DNA of 64,000 nucleotides from contig JAUCBJ010007482.1 of NCBI GenBank assembly GCA_032718475.1, forward strand, positions 16,943 through 80,942, in the 5' to 3' direction. The notes beneath the pieces are model-generated. The model was not told where the DNA came from. It searched no databases and was given only the letters and a program-made list of their open reading frames with translations. A program made the position numbers and the translations under genes. This DNA is from Nemertoderma westbladi. Taxonomy: Eukaryota > Animalia > Xenacoelomorpha. Below, piece after piece: positions 49,921 to 60,646 of the stretch (its first letter is position 1; every line of letters begins with the position of its first letter).

Positions 49921-51183
49921 ATGACGGAGTTGATAGAAGATGATCTTGGTATTAGGGAGCGATATACTCTACCTTTACAAGCATTTGTGGATAGCTTAAT
50001 ACGCGGTGAAGCCGATCCAACCATTACGAAGGACGATGGTCGTTATATCGAACCGCCGATGTCCCAAGAGCAACTTGCGCGTGAATTGGACTATCGAAAA
50101 TTCACCACTCGCTATACGAATCGTAATGGTACGTATATGGACTTCTTAACGACCGGCCATCCTATCGATTTGCATGATACGGACGCTGTAGATACAGAGA
50201 GGGAAATGGTTCTATTTAAATATCATACCCAGCGGAGTCGTAACGATAAACCGAGAATAGATCACGAAAATTCTATTCGTAATCGACTGGAAAGAGAAAA
50301 CGTTGAAGAACCGGATAAACGCATCGACTTCAACGAATACCTAGAATTTTTGAGAGAAACCTATCTCAACATCGCCAGTCAGCAGAACTTAGAGACTCGA
50401 TATCCTCAAGGTATACATCACGACCCTGTGGTAGAACTCAAACGACTCTATTTCACTATGATGTATCTTACCGCCGATCGTCCACTACCTGTTATCCCGG
50501 ATAGTTTTGAACAAATGGAAGAATACTGCAAAACTGGAGAACGATCACCCGCGTTTCCTCTACAGGACGTACGTCTTTGGTATTATTGTGACGAATGCCC
50601 TAGACCCAACCAACAAACTGAAAGACATAAACATCCGCGGAGACGTTGCGCTAAACACAGCTTTACGCGTTACACTTACGGGAGTTTCGAGCGAAACCTG
50701 TTCGACGTACCACCTACGATCGCTCGTCTTAAACGATCACTGAATAAACCCATGATCAGAGTTCCGGAATACTTGGTCAGGCCTCCTCATTCCCTAGTGA
50801 GACCTCAAACTCTTGATCCTAACAGTATCACTGATCCTCCCGAACTATATTCCCTGTTCAAAGACTTAGTGTTACCCGAACAATTAATCGGTGGTGCTCC
50901 GGTAGTGGGTTCGTTAGACATCCGCCCATCCTACTTAGCCGGATTGGGACGCGGGCAGCTAATATCGCCCTTTGATCCTTACAATCGTCCAGGATTAAAC
51001 CCGATGCAACCCGCCACGGAAGTCGAGGAGAGCGTTATAAGAAACGCTTTAGACGCCATTCGACAGAAAATCGGAAAGGGAACACAAGATTGTTTAGAGA
51101 AACGTAAATTACAACAACAAGTCCAATCGGTGAAGGAGTTAGCCTTGGGCTTGGACGCACGTATTCTCTACAAGAATTTTTAG
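49921..51183 (+). CDS. Accessory ORF X1 inside the BEL element, unknown function (420 aa)
   Basis: Long ATG-initiated ORF, hydrophilic, with a CDEC..H..C cluster and no visible signal peptide or transmembrane segment. Confidence 0.75.
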   Translation: MTELIEDDLGIRERYTLPLQAFVDSLIRGEADPTITKDDGRYIEPPMSQEQLARELDYRKFTTRYTNRNGTYMDFLTTGHPIDLHDTDAVDTEREMVLFKYHTQRSRNDKPRIDHENSIRNRLERENVEEPDKRIDFNEYLEFLRETYLNIASQQNLETRYPQGIHHDPVVELKRLYFTMMYLTADRPLPVIPDSFEQMEEYCKTGERSPAFPLQDVRLWYYCDECPRPNQQTERHKHPRRRCAKHSFTRYTYGSFERNLFDVPPTIARLKRSLNKPMIRVPEYLVRPPHSLVRPQTLDPNSITDPPELYSLFKDLVLPEQLIGGAPVVGSLDIRPSYLAGLGRGQLISPFDPYNRPGLNPMQPATEVEESVIRNALDAIRQKIGKGTQDCLEKRKLQQQVQSVKELALGLDARILYKNF

Positions 51184-51956
51184 ATGAACGCTTACAGAGA
51201 CAAGCGGAAGAAAATCTACTCGAAGAGAAACACACGAAACTGGAAGAGAGAGAGGAAGCCGCTTTAGCCCAACCGGAAACTCAAATCCTCATGACGGACC
51301 TCTACTCTAAAACCGTTCGTCATCCCTCGATGATTCCACATTTCGGGGACAAGCTCTTCGCGACGATACAACCTCAACCGGTTGATATCAGTACAGGATC
51401 GCAAAACCTTATCGCTGACGCCCCTATGTTACAGCGTCCGCCGATCGAGGCCGCTCGTGTTGATGGTATACTCGTTGAACCTCCGGACAACCGAGCGGAT
51501 CTTGTCCGTCGTATGGTACACGATGTCAACATACGCGCTAGACCTTTACAGAACTCGTTTTATGGGATTAAAGACCACCCTTACTACGTTAATCTGACTC
51601 AATATTATATGGTAAAACCAGAAGACCCGACGCATAATTTAAAGTTTCTACCACTAATAAATCCTCTAGACATTGTCGAACTCGAACAATTGCAGAAACA
51701 TCTGGATCAGTTAGTAAAGGTAAACTCATTTAGAAAACCATATAACATTTCTCGAATCGAGAAAGATATAGAACCTCCTTATAATCTCGATGGATTTATT
51801 AAAACTCGATTAGTCCATTGGAATCTAGATGTATTATTTGAAGAAGAGAAAATACAAAGATATGGAAATGTGGAGACGTATACCACTCGTCCGCTGTTCC
51901 TATTTCCAAGAACAACCGACTATGGAAATTTATTGCGCATATTGCAGACTCAATAA
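51108..51956 (+). CDS. Accessory ORF X2 (first ATG 51291; frame open from 51108, -1 relative to X1)
   Basis: Open frame overlapping the end of X1 by 76 nt; AAT TTT TAG at the X1 stop. Confidence 0.65.
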   Translation: MTTTSPIGEGVSLGLGRTYSLQEFLDERLQRQAEENLLEEKHTKLEEREEAALAQPETQILMTDLYSKTVRHPSMIPHFGDKLFATIQPQPVDISTGSQNLIADAPMLQRPPIEAARVDGILVEPPDNRADLVRRMVHDVNIRARPLQNSFYGIKDHPYYVNLTQYYMVKPEDPTHNLKFLPLINPLDIVELEQLQKHLDQLVKVNSFRKPYNISRIEKDIEPPYNLDGFIKTRLVHWNLDVLFEEEKIQRYGNVETYTTRPLFLFPRTTDYGNLLRILQTQ

Positions 51957-52770
51957 CTTGCATATCTTTGCGGTTTGCCCTCAATTTATGACTCAATGTC
52001 ACCATTGTCAACTAAAAGGACATGCCAGTTTTGACTGCCCTTTTAATCACGATTTGGAAAGCGTAGATGAAATGATCACACTACGTTACATCAGAGCTTG
52101 GGAAGCGAACGCTGATTTACATTGTGATTCGCGCCATCGCTATTATCCCGGACGCGCTTACGAAGGAGTTTATGCGTTCCATCCTTATTTATTCGCTTCG
52201 GTTGAACAGAAATCACGCATATCAAGTTACGAGCTACTGAAGCGCGTTGGAGAATGTATTTCAACCAAATTCGTACGTAAATTTCTCAGGAGTGTTAATC
52301 CTAGCGATCTTCATTCCTATAACTTAATCAATTATATCCGTCAGGATCCGGACTATGGAGACTTGTTTGTTAACTCACACCCCGAGTTACAGGAAGTATA
52401 TCGACGGCCTTACGAATACCGAGCCCGCGAACGCGAGTTGGAAAGGACCATTAAACCCCGGAGGTTTCTAACTGCCTATGGTCCACCCACGGCCCTCGTT
52501 CAGACCACTCGTAAAGGACCCGTAAGAGCGGCTGTCTTGAAACGAGCTCTCAAAGCCGTTAGACCCCTCTCCCCGGACGTTGATGTCAATCAACCCGGTA
52601 CTTCGACTGGCGGATACACCGACCATAATCCTACACCCTCTGATGCAATCATATTGCACCCTTCACCCAGGAGTTATAGCCCTCCTTGTAAAGTGGCTCG
52701 CCCCAAAGAGAAAAGGACTCTGGCTAGCTTTAAAAAACTGCGTAAACGCCGTCCGCGCAAGAAAGACTAA
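51829..52770 (+). CDS. Accessory ORF X3: tandem CCHC zinc knuckles and basic C-terminus (likely start ATG 51922)
   Basis: MEIYCAYCRLNNLHIFAVCP..CHHCQLKGHASFDCP. Ends KKLRKRRPRKKD, 78 nt before the 3' LTR. Confidence 0.75.
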   Translation: MYYLKKRKYKDMEMWRRIPLVRCSYFQEQPTMEIYCAYCRLNNLHIFAVCPQFMTQCHHCQLKGHASFDCPFNHDLESVDEMITLRYIRAWEANADLHCDSRHRYYPGRAYEGVYAFHPYLFASVEQKSRISSYELLKRVGECISTKFVRKFLRSVNPSDLHSYNLINYIRQDPDYGDLFVNSHPELQEVYRRPYEYRARERELERTIKPRRFLTAYGPPTALVQTTRKGPVRAAVLKRALKAVRPLSPDVDVNQPGTSTGGYTDHNPTPSDAIILHPSPRSYSPPCKVARPKEKRTLASFKKLRKRRPRKKD

Positions 52771-52848
52771 CTGTTTAGAGTATTTACGTATATTAGAAAC
52801 TGTGATTTTGTATATTTTATAGACTCAAATCCCATTTTCTGGGAGCGG

Positions 52849-54107
52849 TGTAAAAGCTTCTGTGGGATATAACTGGCCCTTTTGCTTCGCAATCCAGTTT
52901 CCCCCCTAGGCGCTGGAATACTCTAAAAGACTCTCTAACTATATATAATTTCCCCTCGCCCGCAAGGTACCGTTATAGGTGTTTTAACGGACATAAAAGT
53001 CATTCTGCTATATACGTGTTTTGGCGGACATGGTAAGGCAAAAAACCTGCAATGCACCAAATACCTTTACACAGCTTAGCCTTGATGATTCATATTACGA
53101 CATCTAACAGCTGGTTGCTGACATGGGAACAGCCATTGGACATGGACACATGGTTCTTTGTTTAGCTTAAGCCAATCAGAGCGATTTTTTCTGTCGATGT
53201 GGAGGTATTCGGCCGATCATACTGGGAGTGTTCAGTCTTACTGTTTTTTTTCTTGATACTTTGTGTTGTTGCTATCTAGGCCAGGAACACCGGCTCTAGA
53301 GTCAATTCGTTTTCATACTTTAGAAGAAACATTAGTAGGCTTAAATTATAGAGCGTATAACTGTTATCTTGTCACAACATATCATTCATATCATATCTTA
53401 ACCTACCGTCTTAATGCTTTTACTGTTGTCATATTTTGTATTAGTTGGTCGAATATTATTTGGAGAACATATATAAAGAACCCAAATTTCCCAATTTTCT
53501 TGATACACTACAGGTTAGAGAGACGGGTTATATATAGCGATTGCGACTTATATTGTTGTGGTTTGTAGTGAATTTAATGCTATTTGGTAAGCACTACATG
53601 ATTCGTTGCTGTTCTCTTTATATATGATAAAATTCATTGACGGTCGGCAAATTAGTGAGCAGTATTGTGTGTTACCGGTAGTGTGCATGATTGTGACTGA
53701 TAACTAAGCATTTCCTAAAGAATGCGCCTCATACGTGAATCATAAGCCTTACCGACTTACCATTGTGATTAGTATAAGTCATATCTCTGTTTACCTAGAT
53801 AGAGCGCCACGTCCTAAAGGAACTGTTAATATTTCCCGAAAGTAAATAATATTAGTCAGAAATTAATTATTAACGATCAATCGAATAATACAATCCAGTA
53901 AGCTTACACTGCAATAATAATCTAAGCCCTCAGAATCCAGTCTCCCGGGTATATCCAGCGGGTGAATGGACGCGCACTAGGCTGGCTTCTGCTAATGTTG
54001 TGTTTATTGGTATTAAATATTTGTCATCTTCTAAAGTCTATTTATAAACCAAAAGACATATAAATTTTGGCAGGTTAAACTGCTAAAGGTCTTCAAAAGC
54101 GTGTACA
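52849..54107 (+). repeat. 3' LTR (1259 bp)
   Basis: Matches the 5' LTR; preceded by purine-rich GGGAGCGG. Confidence 0.95.
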
Positions 54108-54112
54108 GACCT

Positions 54113-54663
54113 GACACAGACTATGCCTCACTGAGGTACTGAGGCATAGACTATGCCTCACTGAGGCACTGAGGCATAGACTATGCCTCACTGAGGCACT
54201 GAGGCATAGACTATGCCTCACTGAGGCACTGAGGCATAGCCTATGACTCACTGAGGCATAGACTATTCCTCACTGAGGCATAGACTATGCCTCACTGAGG
54301 CACTGAGGCATAGACTATGACTCACTGAGGCACTGAGGCATAGACTATGCCTCACTGAGTCATAGACTATGCCTCACTGAGGCACTGAGGCATATGCTAT
54401 GAATCACTGAGGCATAGACTATGCCTCACTGAGGCATAGACTATGCCTCACTGAGTCACTGAGGCATAGACTATGCCTCACTGAGGCACTGAGGCATAGA
54501 CTATGCCTCACTGAGGCACTGAGGCATATACTATGCCTCACTGGGGCATAGACTATGCCTCACTGAGGCATAGACTATGCCTCACTGAGGCACTGAGGCA
54601 TAGACTATGCCTCACTGAGGCATAGACTATGACTCACTGAGGCATAGACTATGCCTCACTGAG
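54113..54663. repeat. Palindromic 21/30-bp minisatellite, inner part of the left Maverick TIR
   Basis: GACTATGCCTCACTGAGGCA(CTGAGGCA)TA units; inverted counterpart at 56478-56709. Confidence 0.92.
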
Positions 54664-54708
54664 GGCGCTTTACCACTGTACTCGCATCTGCTCTTTCATT
54701 GGCTGCTC

Positions 54709-54811
54709 GTTGAGTTAGATTAAGGGTCTAAGGCCTGCAAGCTGATCATTGGCTTAGTTTTCTAATTAGAAGGTCGTGAGTTCGAACCCTAGAAGAGCAT
54801 TATTCTTTTTC
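54709..54811 (+). ncRNA. Second type of tRNA-like Pol III unit inside the Maverick (putative)
   Basis: TAGATTAAGGGTCTAAGGC (D-arm/A-box-like), GAAGGTCGTGAGTTCGAACCC (variable loop and T-arm/B-box), TTTTT terminator. Confidence 0.4.
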
Positions 54812-55065
54812 ATAGCTCTTGGCTGACTCTAGAGTACACTAGCTTTGACTCTCCCAGCTATAGAGATAGTATGCAACCTTGGGAGTTAATGTGCGGTCTT
54901 ATGAGTAAAGGCCAAGAGATTAGACTTCAGGTTGCCTCCATTGATTCACTCTTCTTAACTTTATAAAATAACTCAACCCTTATTTAAAGTTTTAATAATT
55001 ATGACTTAGTCGACCAATTTTCCAAAGTATATTATAAAAACATATAATTTCTTGAATAAAAAGAC

Positions 55066-55270
55066 CTAATAGTAATAAATATTGTGGGGTAAATACATTT
55101 ATAATACTAATATAATTATTATGGATAAATAGTCCTAATAGTAATAAATATTGTGGGGTAAATACATTTATAATACTAATATAATTATTATGGATAAATA
55201 GTCCTAATACTAATATAATTGTTATGGATAAATAGTCCTAATACTAATATAATTGTTTTGGATAAATAGC
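55066..55270. repeat. AT-rich tandem repeats (~69-bp and ~34-bp units)
   Basis: CCTAATAGTAATAAATATTGTGGGGTAAATACATTTATAATACTAATATAATTATTATGGATAAATAGT x2, then shorter units. Confidence 0.85.
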
Positions 55271-55980
55271 CATAACACTATTATGAAAGGAACTCAAACA
55301 AACAAATGTCAATACCGTCGTCTTGCACGGGCATATACTGAACGAGAGTTTTTTTATCATAGGTCTTCGAAAATTAGTAAAAGCTGGTTGATTTACTTTA
55401 CTTTCATCTTCCTCATTACCCAACTGTTTCTTAATTTTATTCAATTGTTCATTAATTTTCAGTAATTTACTTTTATTTCCCAGGACCTGTCTTAATATCT
55501 CTTCTCTATTTTCCTCATTTTCTTCCATTTGTTTAATAAATTTCCGCAATTGATTTTTGTTTCCTAATATTTGTCTCAATATCTCTTCTTTATTTTCATC
55601 ATTCTCTTCTAAATGTTTAATAAATTTCTGTAATTTAATTTTACTTCCTAGAACTTGGGTCAATGTCGCCTCTTTATTTTCTTCATTTTCCTTCAAATGT
55701 TTCATAATTTTCCGCTATTGATTCTTATTTCCAAGTAATTGTCTCTTCTCAAATCTTCCTCATTTTCTAGGGGTAACTGTTTTTGTATCCCTTTCAAAAT
55801 AGTCATAACTTTATGAAATTTATTTTCCATTGTCTGTTTTATCTTTAATATATCACGCTCTTTTTCTTTTCATCTTCACTAAAAATATCTTCGGATTTTT
55901 TAAAATTTTTTGGTAACGGAGCCATTAGTTTTTCCTTTCTATGTGTTTCCATATGACGAGATAAATTGTCTTGTCTATCA
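55244..55980 (-). pseudogene. Maverick cargo gene relic: partial C2H2 zinc finger plus 28-aa helical repeats
   Basis: Upstream frame DRQDNLSRHMETH (C2H2 recognition helix), a frameshift and a stop, then repeats of ENEENKEEILRQILGNKNQLRKFIKHLE. Confidence 0.6.
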
Positions 55981-56159
55981 TTCTTTCATGTCATCAACTT
56001 TCATGTCTATGCATTATATAGCAATGTCAATTGATAATATTGAATTTTAACTAAATGATTTTACAAAATTTTAAATTAATAAAACTTTTATGAAAATAAA
56101 TAAAACTTTTTAAAATAAAAGAATGACTTAGAGAATGACTGGGAATGCGTTGAACGGGG

Positions 56160-56262
56160 GCTATTATAGAGGGAGGCTAGAATGGATTATCCAATCAGAG
56201 TGCGAGGGTGAGTTAGGCAGCCAATCAGGACTCGAGGGAGGAAAGTTAGACAGCCAATGAGA
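56160..56262 (-). promoter_or_regulatory. Putative Pol II promoter of the cargo gene
   Basis: Three CCAAT boxes about 30 bp apart and TATAATAG on minus at ~56161, upstream of the relic ORF. Confidence 0.45.
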
Positions 56263-56477
56263 GAGCAGATGCGAGTGCAGTGGTAAAGCGCCCGCCCATC
56301 CATGCTGAGATAATGTCACACTAACTCGCAAGGATAGTTATACTCACCATTCAAATATCCCTCGCAAACCAGATTCCCCCCAGCATCTAAAGTATTCCAC
56401 TTCAATGCAAAATATATAGAGCTTTAGTTGGATTTGAACCTGTGCTTGTAAACTCTTTTGTGCTCATATATTGAAGT

Positions 56478-56709
56478 TAGACTATGCCTCAGTGCCTCAG
56501 TGAGGCATAGTCTGTGCCTCAGTGAGGCATATTCCATGCCTCAGTGCTCAGTAAGTCATAGTCTATGCCTCAGTGCCTCAGTGAGACATAGTCTATGCCT
56601 CAGTGAGTCATAGTCTATGCCTTAGTGCCTCAGTGAGGCATAGTCTATGCCTCAGTAAGGCATCAGTGAGGCATAGTGCCTCAGTGCCTCAGTGAGGCAT
56701 AGTCTGTGT
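56478..56709. repeat. Inverted copy of the TIR minisatellite
   Basis: TATGCCTCAGTGCCTCAGTGAGGCATAGTC units. Confidence 0.9.
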
Positions 56710-56770
56710 CATTTCTTAAATGAGAGTGTTACAAATTCGAATGGCAACGAACAAATTCGAAGGTTACTGT

Positions 56771-56852
56771 TCCACCGTGGTGTAGTGGTTGCGTTGAATT
56801 CACATCTCCCGTATGTCATGGGTTCGATCCCTACATGCACCAGGGCAGTTTT
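56771..56852 (+). ncRNA. tRNA-like Pol III unit in the right Maverick TIR (putative)
   Basis: A-box TGGTGTAGTGG 56778-56788, B-box GGTTCGATCCC 56821-56831, TTTT 56849-56852. Confidence 0.5.
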
Positions 56853-58932
56853 CGTTCGGTCAGCAATAGGCCTAACTTTGCAAAATGCGGTATTATTGCC
56901 TAGTAACCAATTCACGGCTACTATATGGTTTTCACTTTGAGACATTTCGCCCTCTAGCGGCAGACTGAAGAACTTCAGACTACTCTGTGACTCTGCAAAA
57001 GATATAGCCATATTGTAATACCGATTGGGGGTCAAAACTAAGTAATAATATATCTAAATAAGTCTCAAAAATCTTGCCTCATGGCTCGCCCCTTAGAACT
57101 CTTAAGCAATATAACTTCATAGTTTTGCGGATTGCAAATAACAAAGCTAGAGAAGATGTTAATTTTCAAATAATACGCCCTCTAGCGCCAGACAGGGGAA
57201 CTTCAGACTACTCAATGACTCCGCAAAAGATATGGCCTATACCGTAGTAGATGCCTAACGAGTTTAAACCTATTCGGAATGAAAATAACAAAGTTAGAGA
57301 AGATGTTAATTTTCAGATGATACGCCCTCTAGCGGCAGACTATGGAGCTGCAGACGGCTGGATATAGGTAAGAGTAATTAGTAATCAGAGGTGTTACGAG
57401 AGGGGGGCGGGGCGCTTGGATACAACTATTATTAATAAGCTCTGGCTTGGTTAAAGCTAATTGGGGGTCAAAGGTTAACGATAAAGCTGTGTGGATATAG
57501 ATAAGAGTAATTAGTTACCAGTAAGGGACCTGTATACCCTATGGCTAAGGATAACGAGATGAAAGTCAATGAGGCCATTTAGAAACCAATATATAAAACT
57601 AATTATTGGTAAATCTAAAATAAAGTACAATTAAAAAAATACAAATAATTAATTAAAATTAGGTACAAATAAATAAGTATTAATAAATCAAAGAGCTGTG
57701 GTGTCACTTATGACACCCTCTTGGGCCTCTAGGTGTACAGTTAGACAACACTGACACCATTGCGTATCGGATTGATTAATTAGGATAATCAATTAAACCC
57801 TAATTAGGAGTCGTAAGACACCTATTAGGGTTTAATTGTACTAATTAATTGATGACACCTGTCAATTAGGGTCTAATTACCCTAATTAGGAGGTGTCACC
57901 CAGACAGTCTGGCGCCAATGACACCCATAGGTTGTCATTGGGTGTCAGCCAGACAGTCTGACGCCAGTCAGTGTGGTCTAACTGTCACCGAGCCGGCCAA
58001 GACCCTACTACTGATGTTCTAACGCCTCCATTATAATTACTATACAATGTTCTTATATAACTTTTATTATACTGTATGCTTACAGTAAGTCTACTGTAAC
58101 ACATGATAATAATGTACTGGTACAGTACAGTATATACTTATTTGGATGGTCTGACGTCTGGTTTCAGTGATTAATTTATTCTCCATAGTCTTTATCCTAA
58201 AGATTCGCTCTGCAAATAATTAAATACAATAATTATTGAAGTCAACAAAGCTTCCAAGCTTTTGCAAAATGATATATTAAGAAATTTTGAAAAATGTCTA
58301 TTCATATTTCTCTACTGATCAGTCATGTGGGAGTGATTCTGTACTGTACACGTACAGTACAGTTGATGTCTTTCTAAAAACTTTTATAATTTCCACAGTA
58401 GAGATTCATTATTTGGATGTTGTAAATGTTAAAGGATTTTGCTTTCTGCAACCAAATTGAAGGGGGGGGGGGGGGGGGGGGGGGGGGGTAGTCGAATAAA
58501 ATTAAATTTTTTTAAGTATATATGGTAAGCATTCTCTCCCTCTGTAAAATATACCAACATATGTTCTCACGAAAATTCCCTTTAAAATGAACCCTGAATG
58601 AGCTCTGAACGATAAAAAATCAATGTGTGAAACTTTTATAAGACACGCTGATAGCGAAAAAATCATTGACGGGAATATTCGATTTAGTGTAAGACAGAAA
58701 TATCGCGCTTTGATTCTTTATCGAACAACTAATTTATAGTCACATAATGGATTCTGCAATGAGTAGAACACCAATACTTGCTATATGCCCAAAAACAGGG
58801 GTGCTTAATTCAAAACTAACCTCTAAAATATATTAAAGTTGACACAAATATGATTTTATCTACTCAACTATCTGTGAAACGATAATTCAGCGTACTCAAC
58901 TACATACCTATGAATCTACCCGTACTTCACAC

Positions 58933-60646
58933 ATGATATCTCGTGAAGGAAACAAGATATGGAAAATTCTGATTCAGATGGGATATACTCCATATACTCC
59001 ATTTACCAGTACCGGTACAGAGAGTGGTGGGATTACCAGGAACAGGCGGGTGGATACTCCGCTGAGGGCTAAGAGATCAAGGGTTAGTAGCAGTGGTAGG
59101 TCAGGGTCAGGTGAATTTAATATGCCAGGACTGGAGCAGGACCAAACTCAAAATGTGTCACTTCTACTCAAAATGAACGAGAATATCAATCTATCTAATC
59201 ATGCAGCAGCTAAAGAGGGTCAATGGCAAGGTTGACAGCAACTACTCAAAGCAATTAAGATGACAAGTGGATTGTGACAACAAGTGGAAAGATTGTTAGC
59301 TAAGAAAAATATTATCATTAAGAATCTGGGGGAGAACAGAGGAGAAAACACGTAACAGTATTAAACTTCTTCCATGACAAGTTGGGAATAGACAATGTGG
59401 ATGGGCTGCTGATAGATAGGGCGGAAAGACAAGGGCGTCCGCAAATGGATTGGAGTCGTCCAGCGAAGGTCGAATTTGCTGGATTGCAAGGGGAAATTAG
59501 TTGGGATGGAATTTAGACTAGTAGACAATTTTCCGACTGAGGTAAGAGAACATAGAGATATCCTTTTCCACCTGCGCGGGAGGCAGCACAGAGAGGTATA
59601 ATGGCGCGAGTTTCAGGGAAATTATTTGGCATTGGCAATATAACAGTAAGTGGTTGGGAAGTATTTGCAAAACCAGATACTTCAATTGAAGAAGTGCTAG
59701 CAAATCCACAACTCTATAGAAGATGGGGACAGGGGCAGAGGAAGAATATGAGCTGGCAGCCAAGTAGACAAACGGGGTCAATGGCTAGATCAACATTCCA
59801 TGAACCAGGGACCATGAACACTGTGGGAAACAGTATGTGGCCTCGATCAAACTATGTTCAAAACAGAGTGGGGTCCTTGAACCATTATGCAACTCGGTTC
59901 ATACCAGGACAGGATGGAATGCGGGGAGGTTTTTCAAATGTCCCTGGGTGATTTCCTGGCTCGAACAGACCTCTCCCGGGTTCGTATCTAGGAGGTGTAC
60001 CGGCTTCCCAAGGCTCAACAGAACCAAACACACATGGCTGGGTATATACCCTCTAGCGATATCCCATGGTGACAGCGACTCCCAACTGATATCCCGTGGC
60101 GACGGCAGCTCCCTACTGATATCCCATGGCGACAGTGGCTCCCAACTGATATACCATGGCGATGGTGGCTCCCTACTGATATCCCATGGCGACGGCGGCT
60201 CCCAACCAATATCTGGTGGCGATGGCAGCGTTGCTAATAGTAGCGCACATTTCAACCCTTTGGATGACAAGGTTCCAATGGAAAAAATTGATGATGAAAA
60301 CGAATTAGAGCAATTTTGGCTGCCATTATTGTTAAGAAACAATAGAGATCTAGTATTTAATTCCTTTGGTAATGCCCTTCTGAATTTGTGCAAAAATATA
60401 GGCTTACGTATTTTTAATGGGAGAAGTGGTATGGATAGAGATATTGGTAATTTCACCTTCCATTGTGGAAATGGTACATCACTTTATAGACTATGTACAG
60501 TAGTAGGACCAGTGGAAGTAATGCACTTGTGCAATGAGTTTTCTGTTAGTGAACCCAACTGTTTTAGTCATTATAGCCTTGTGTCTTTTTCAGTAACCTT
60601 ACTGTACCTACACCCCCTACCTCTTAAAGCTGTGCAACTACAGTAG
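58933..60646 (+). pseudogene. Degenerate LINE (CR1/L2-like): ORF1 RRM-type relic plus an APE endonuclease fragment
   Basis: Broken frames KNIIIKNLGENRGEN..FFHDKLGI..IDRAER.G..RP..V.F..DNFPTEVREHR. EN segment RNNRDLVFNSFGNALLNLCKNIGLRIFNGRSGMDRDIGNFTF..GTS. Confidence 0.7.
60056..60230. repeat. 30-bp tandem repeat, about 6 copies
   Basis: Variants of GATATCCCATGGCGACGGCAGCTCCCAACT. Confidence 0.9.

Larger units (their letters stand above)
36724..54107 (+). mobile_element. BEL/Pao LTR retrotransposon, copy B, full length (17,384 bp) with extra 3' ORFs
   Basis: TSD GACCT (36719-36723, 54108-54112), TG..CA LTRs, BEL-type gag knuckles and PR-RT-RH-IN order. Confidence 0.96.
35390..58012. mobile_element. 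Non-autonomous Polinton/Maverick-like element (~5.2 kb net of the BEL insertion)
   Basis: Termini AGTAGTAGGG...CCCTACTACT and a perfect 6-bp TSD GATGTT (35384-35389, 58013-58018). TIRs exceed 1.3 kb (35390-36723 plus 54113 onward, versus ~56478-58012). No pPolB or integrase seen. Confidence 0.85.

Noticed and set aside
49921-52770. env gene interpretation of the post-pol ORFs
   Set aside because: No hydrophobic signal peptide, fusion peptide or transmembrane anchor visible; the proteins are hydrophilic with nucleic-acid-binding features.
54113-54663. Palindromic short repeats resembling a CRISPR array
   Set aside because: Units are contiguous without spacers and are mirrored in the opposite TIR; eukaryotic context.
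56771-56842. Functional tRNA gene (the sequence ends ...GCACCA)
   Set aside because: Acceptor and anticodon stems do not pair; only the promoter boxes and a T-loop are tRNA-like.
59601-60456. ORFs 59601..59951 (+) and 59899..60456 (-) as independent genes
   Set aside because: Explained by the decayed LINE and the 30-bp tandem repeat.
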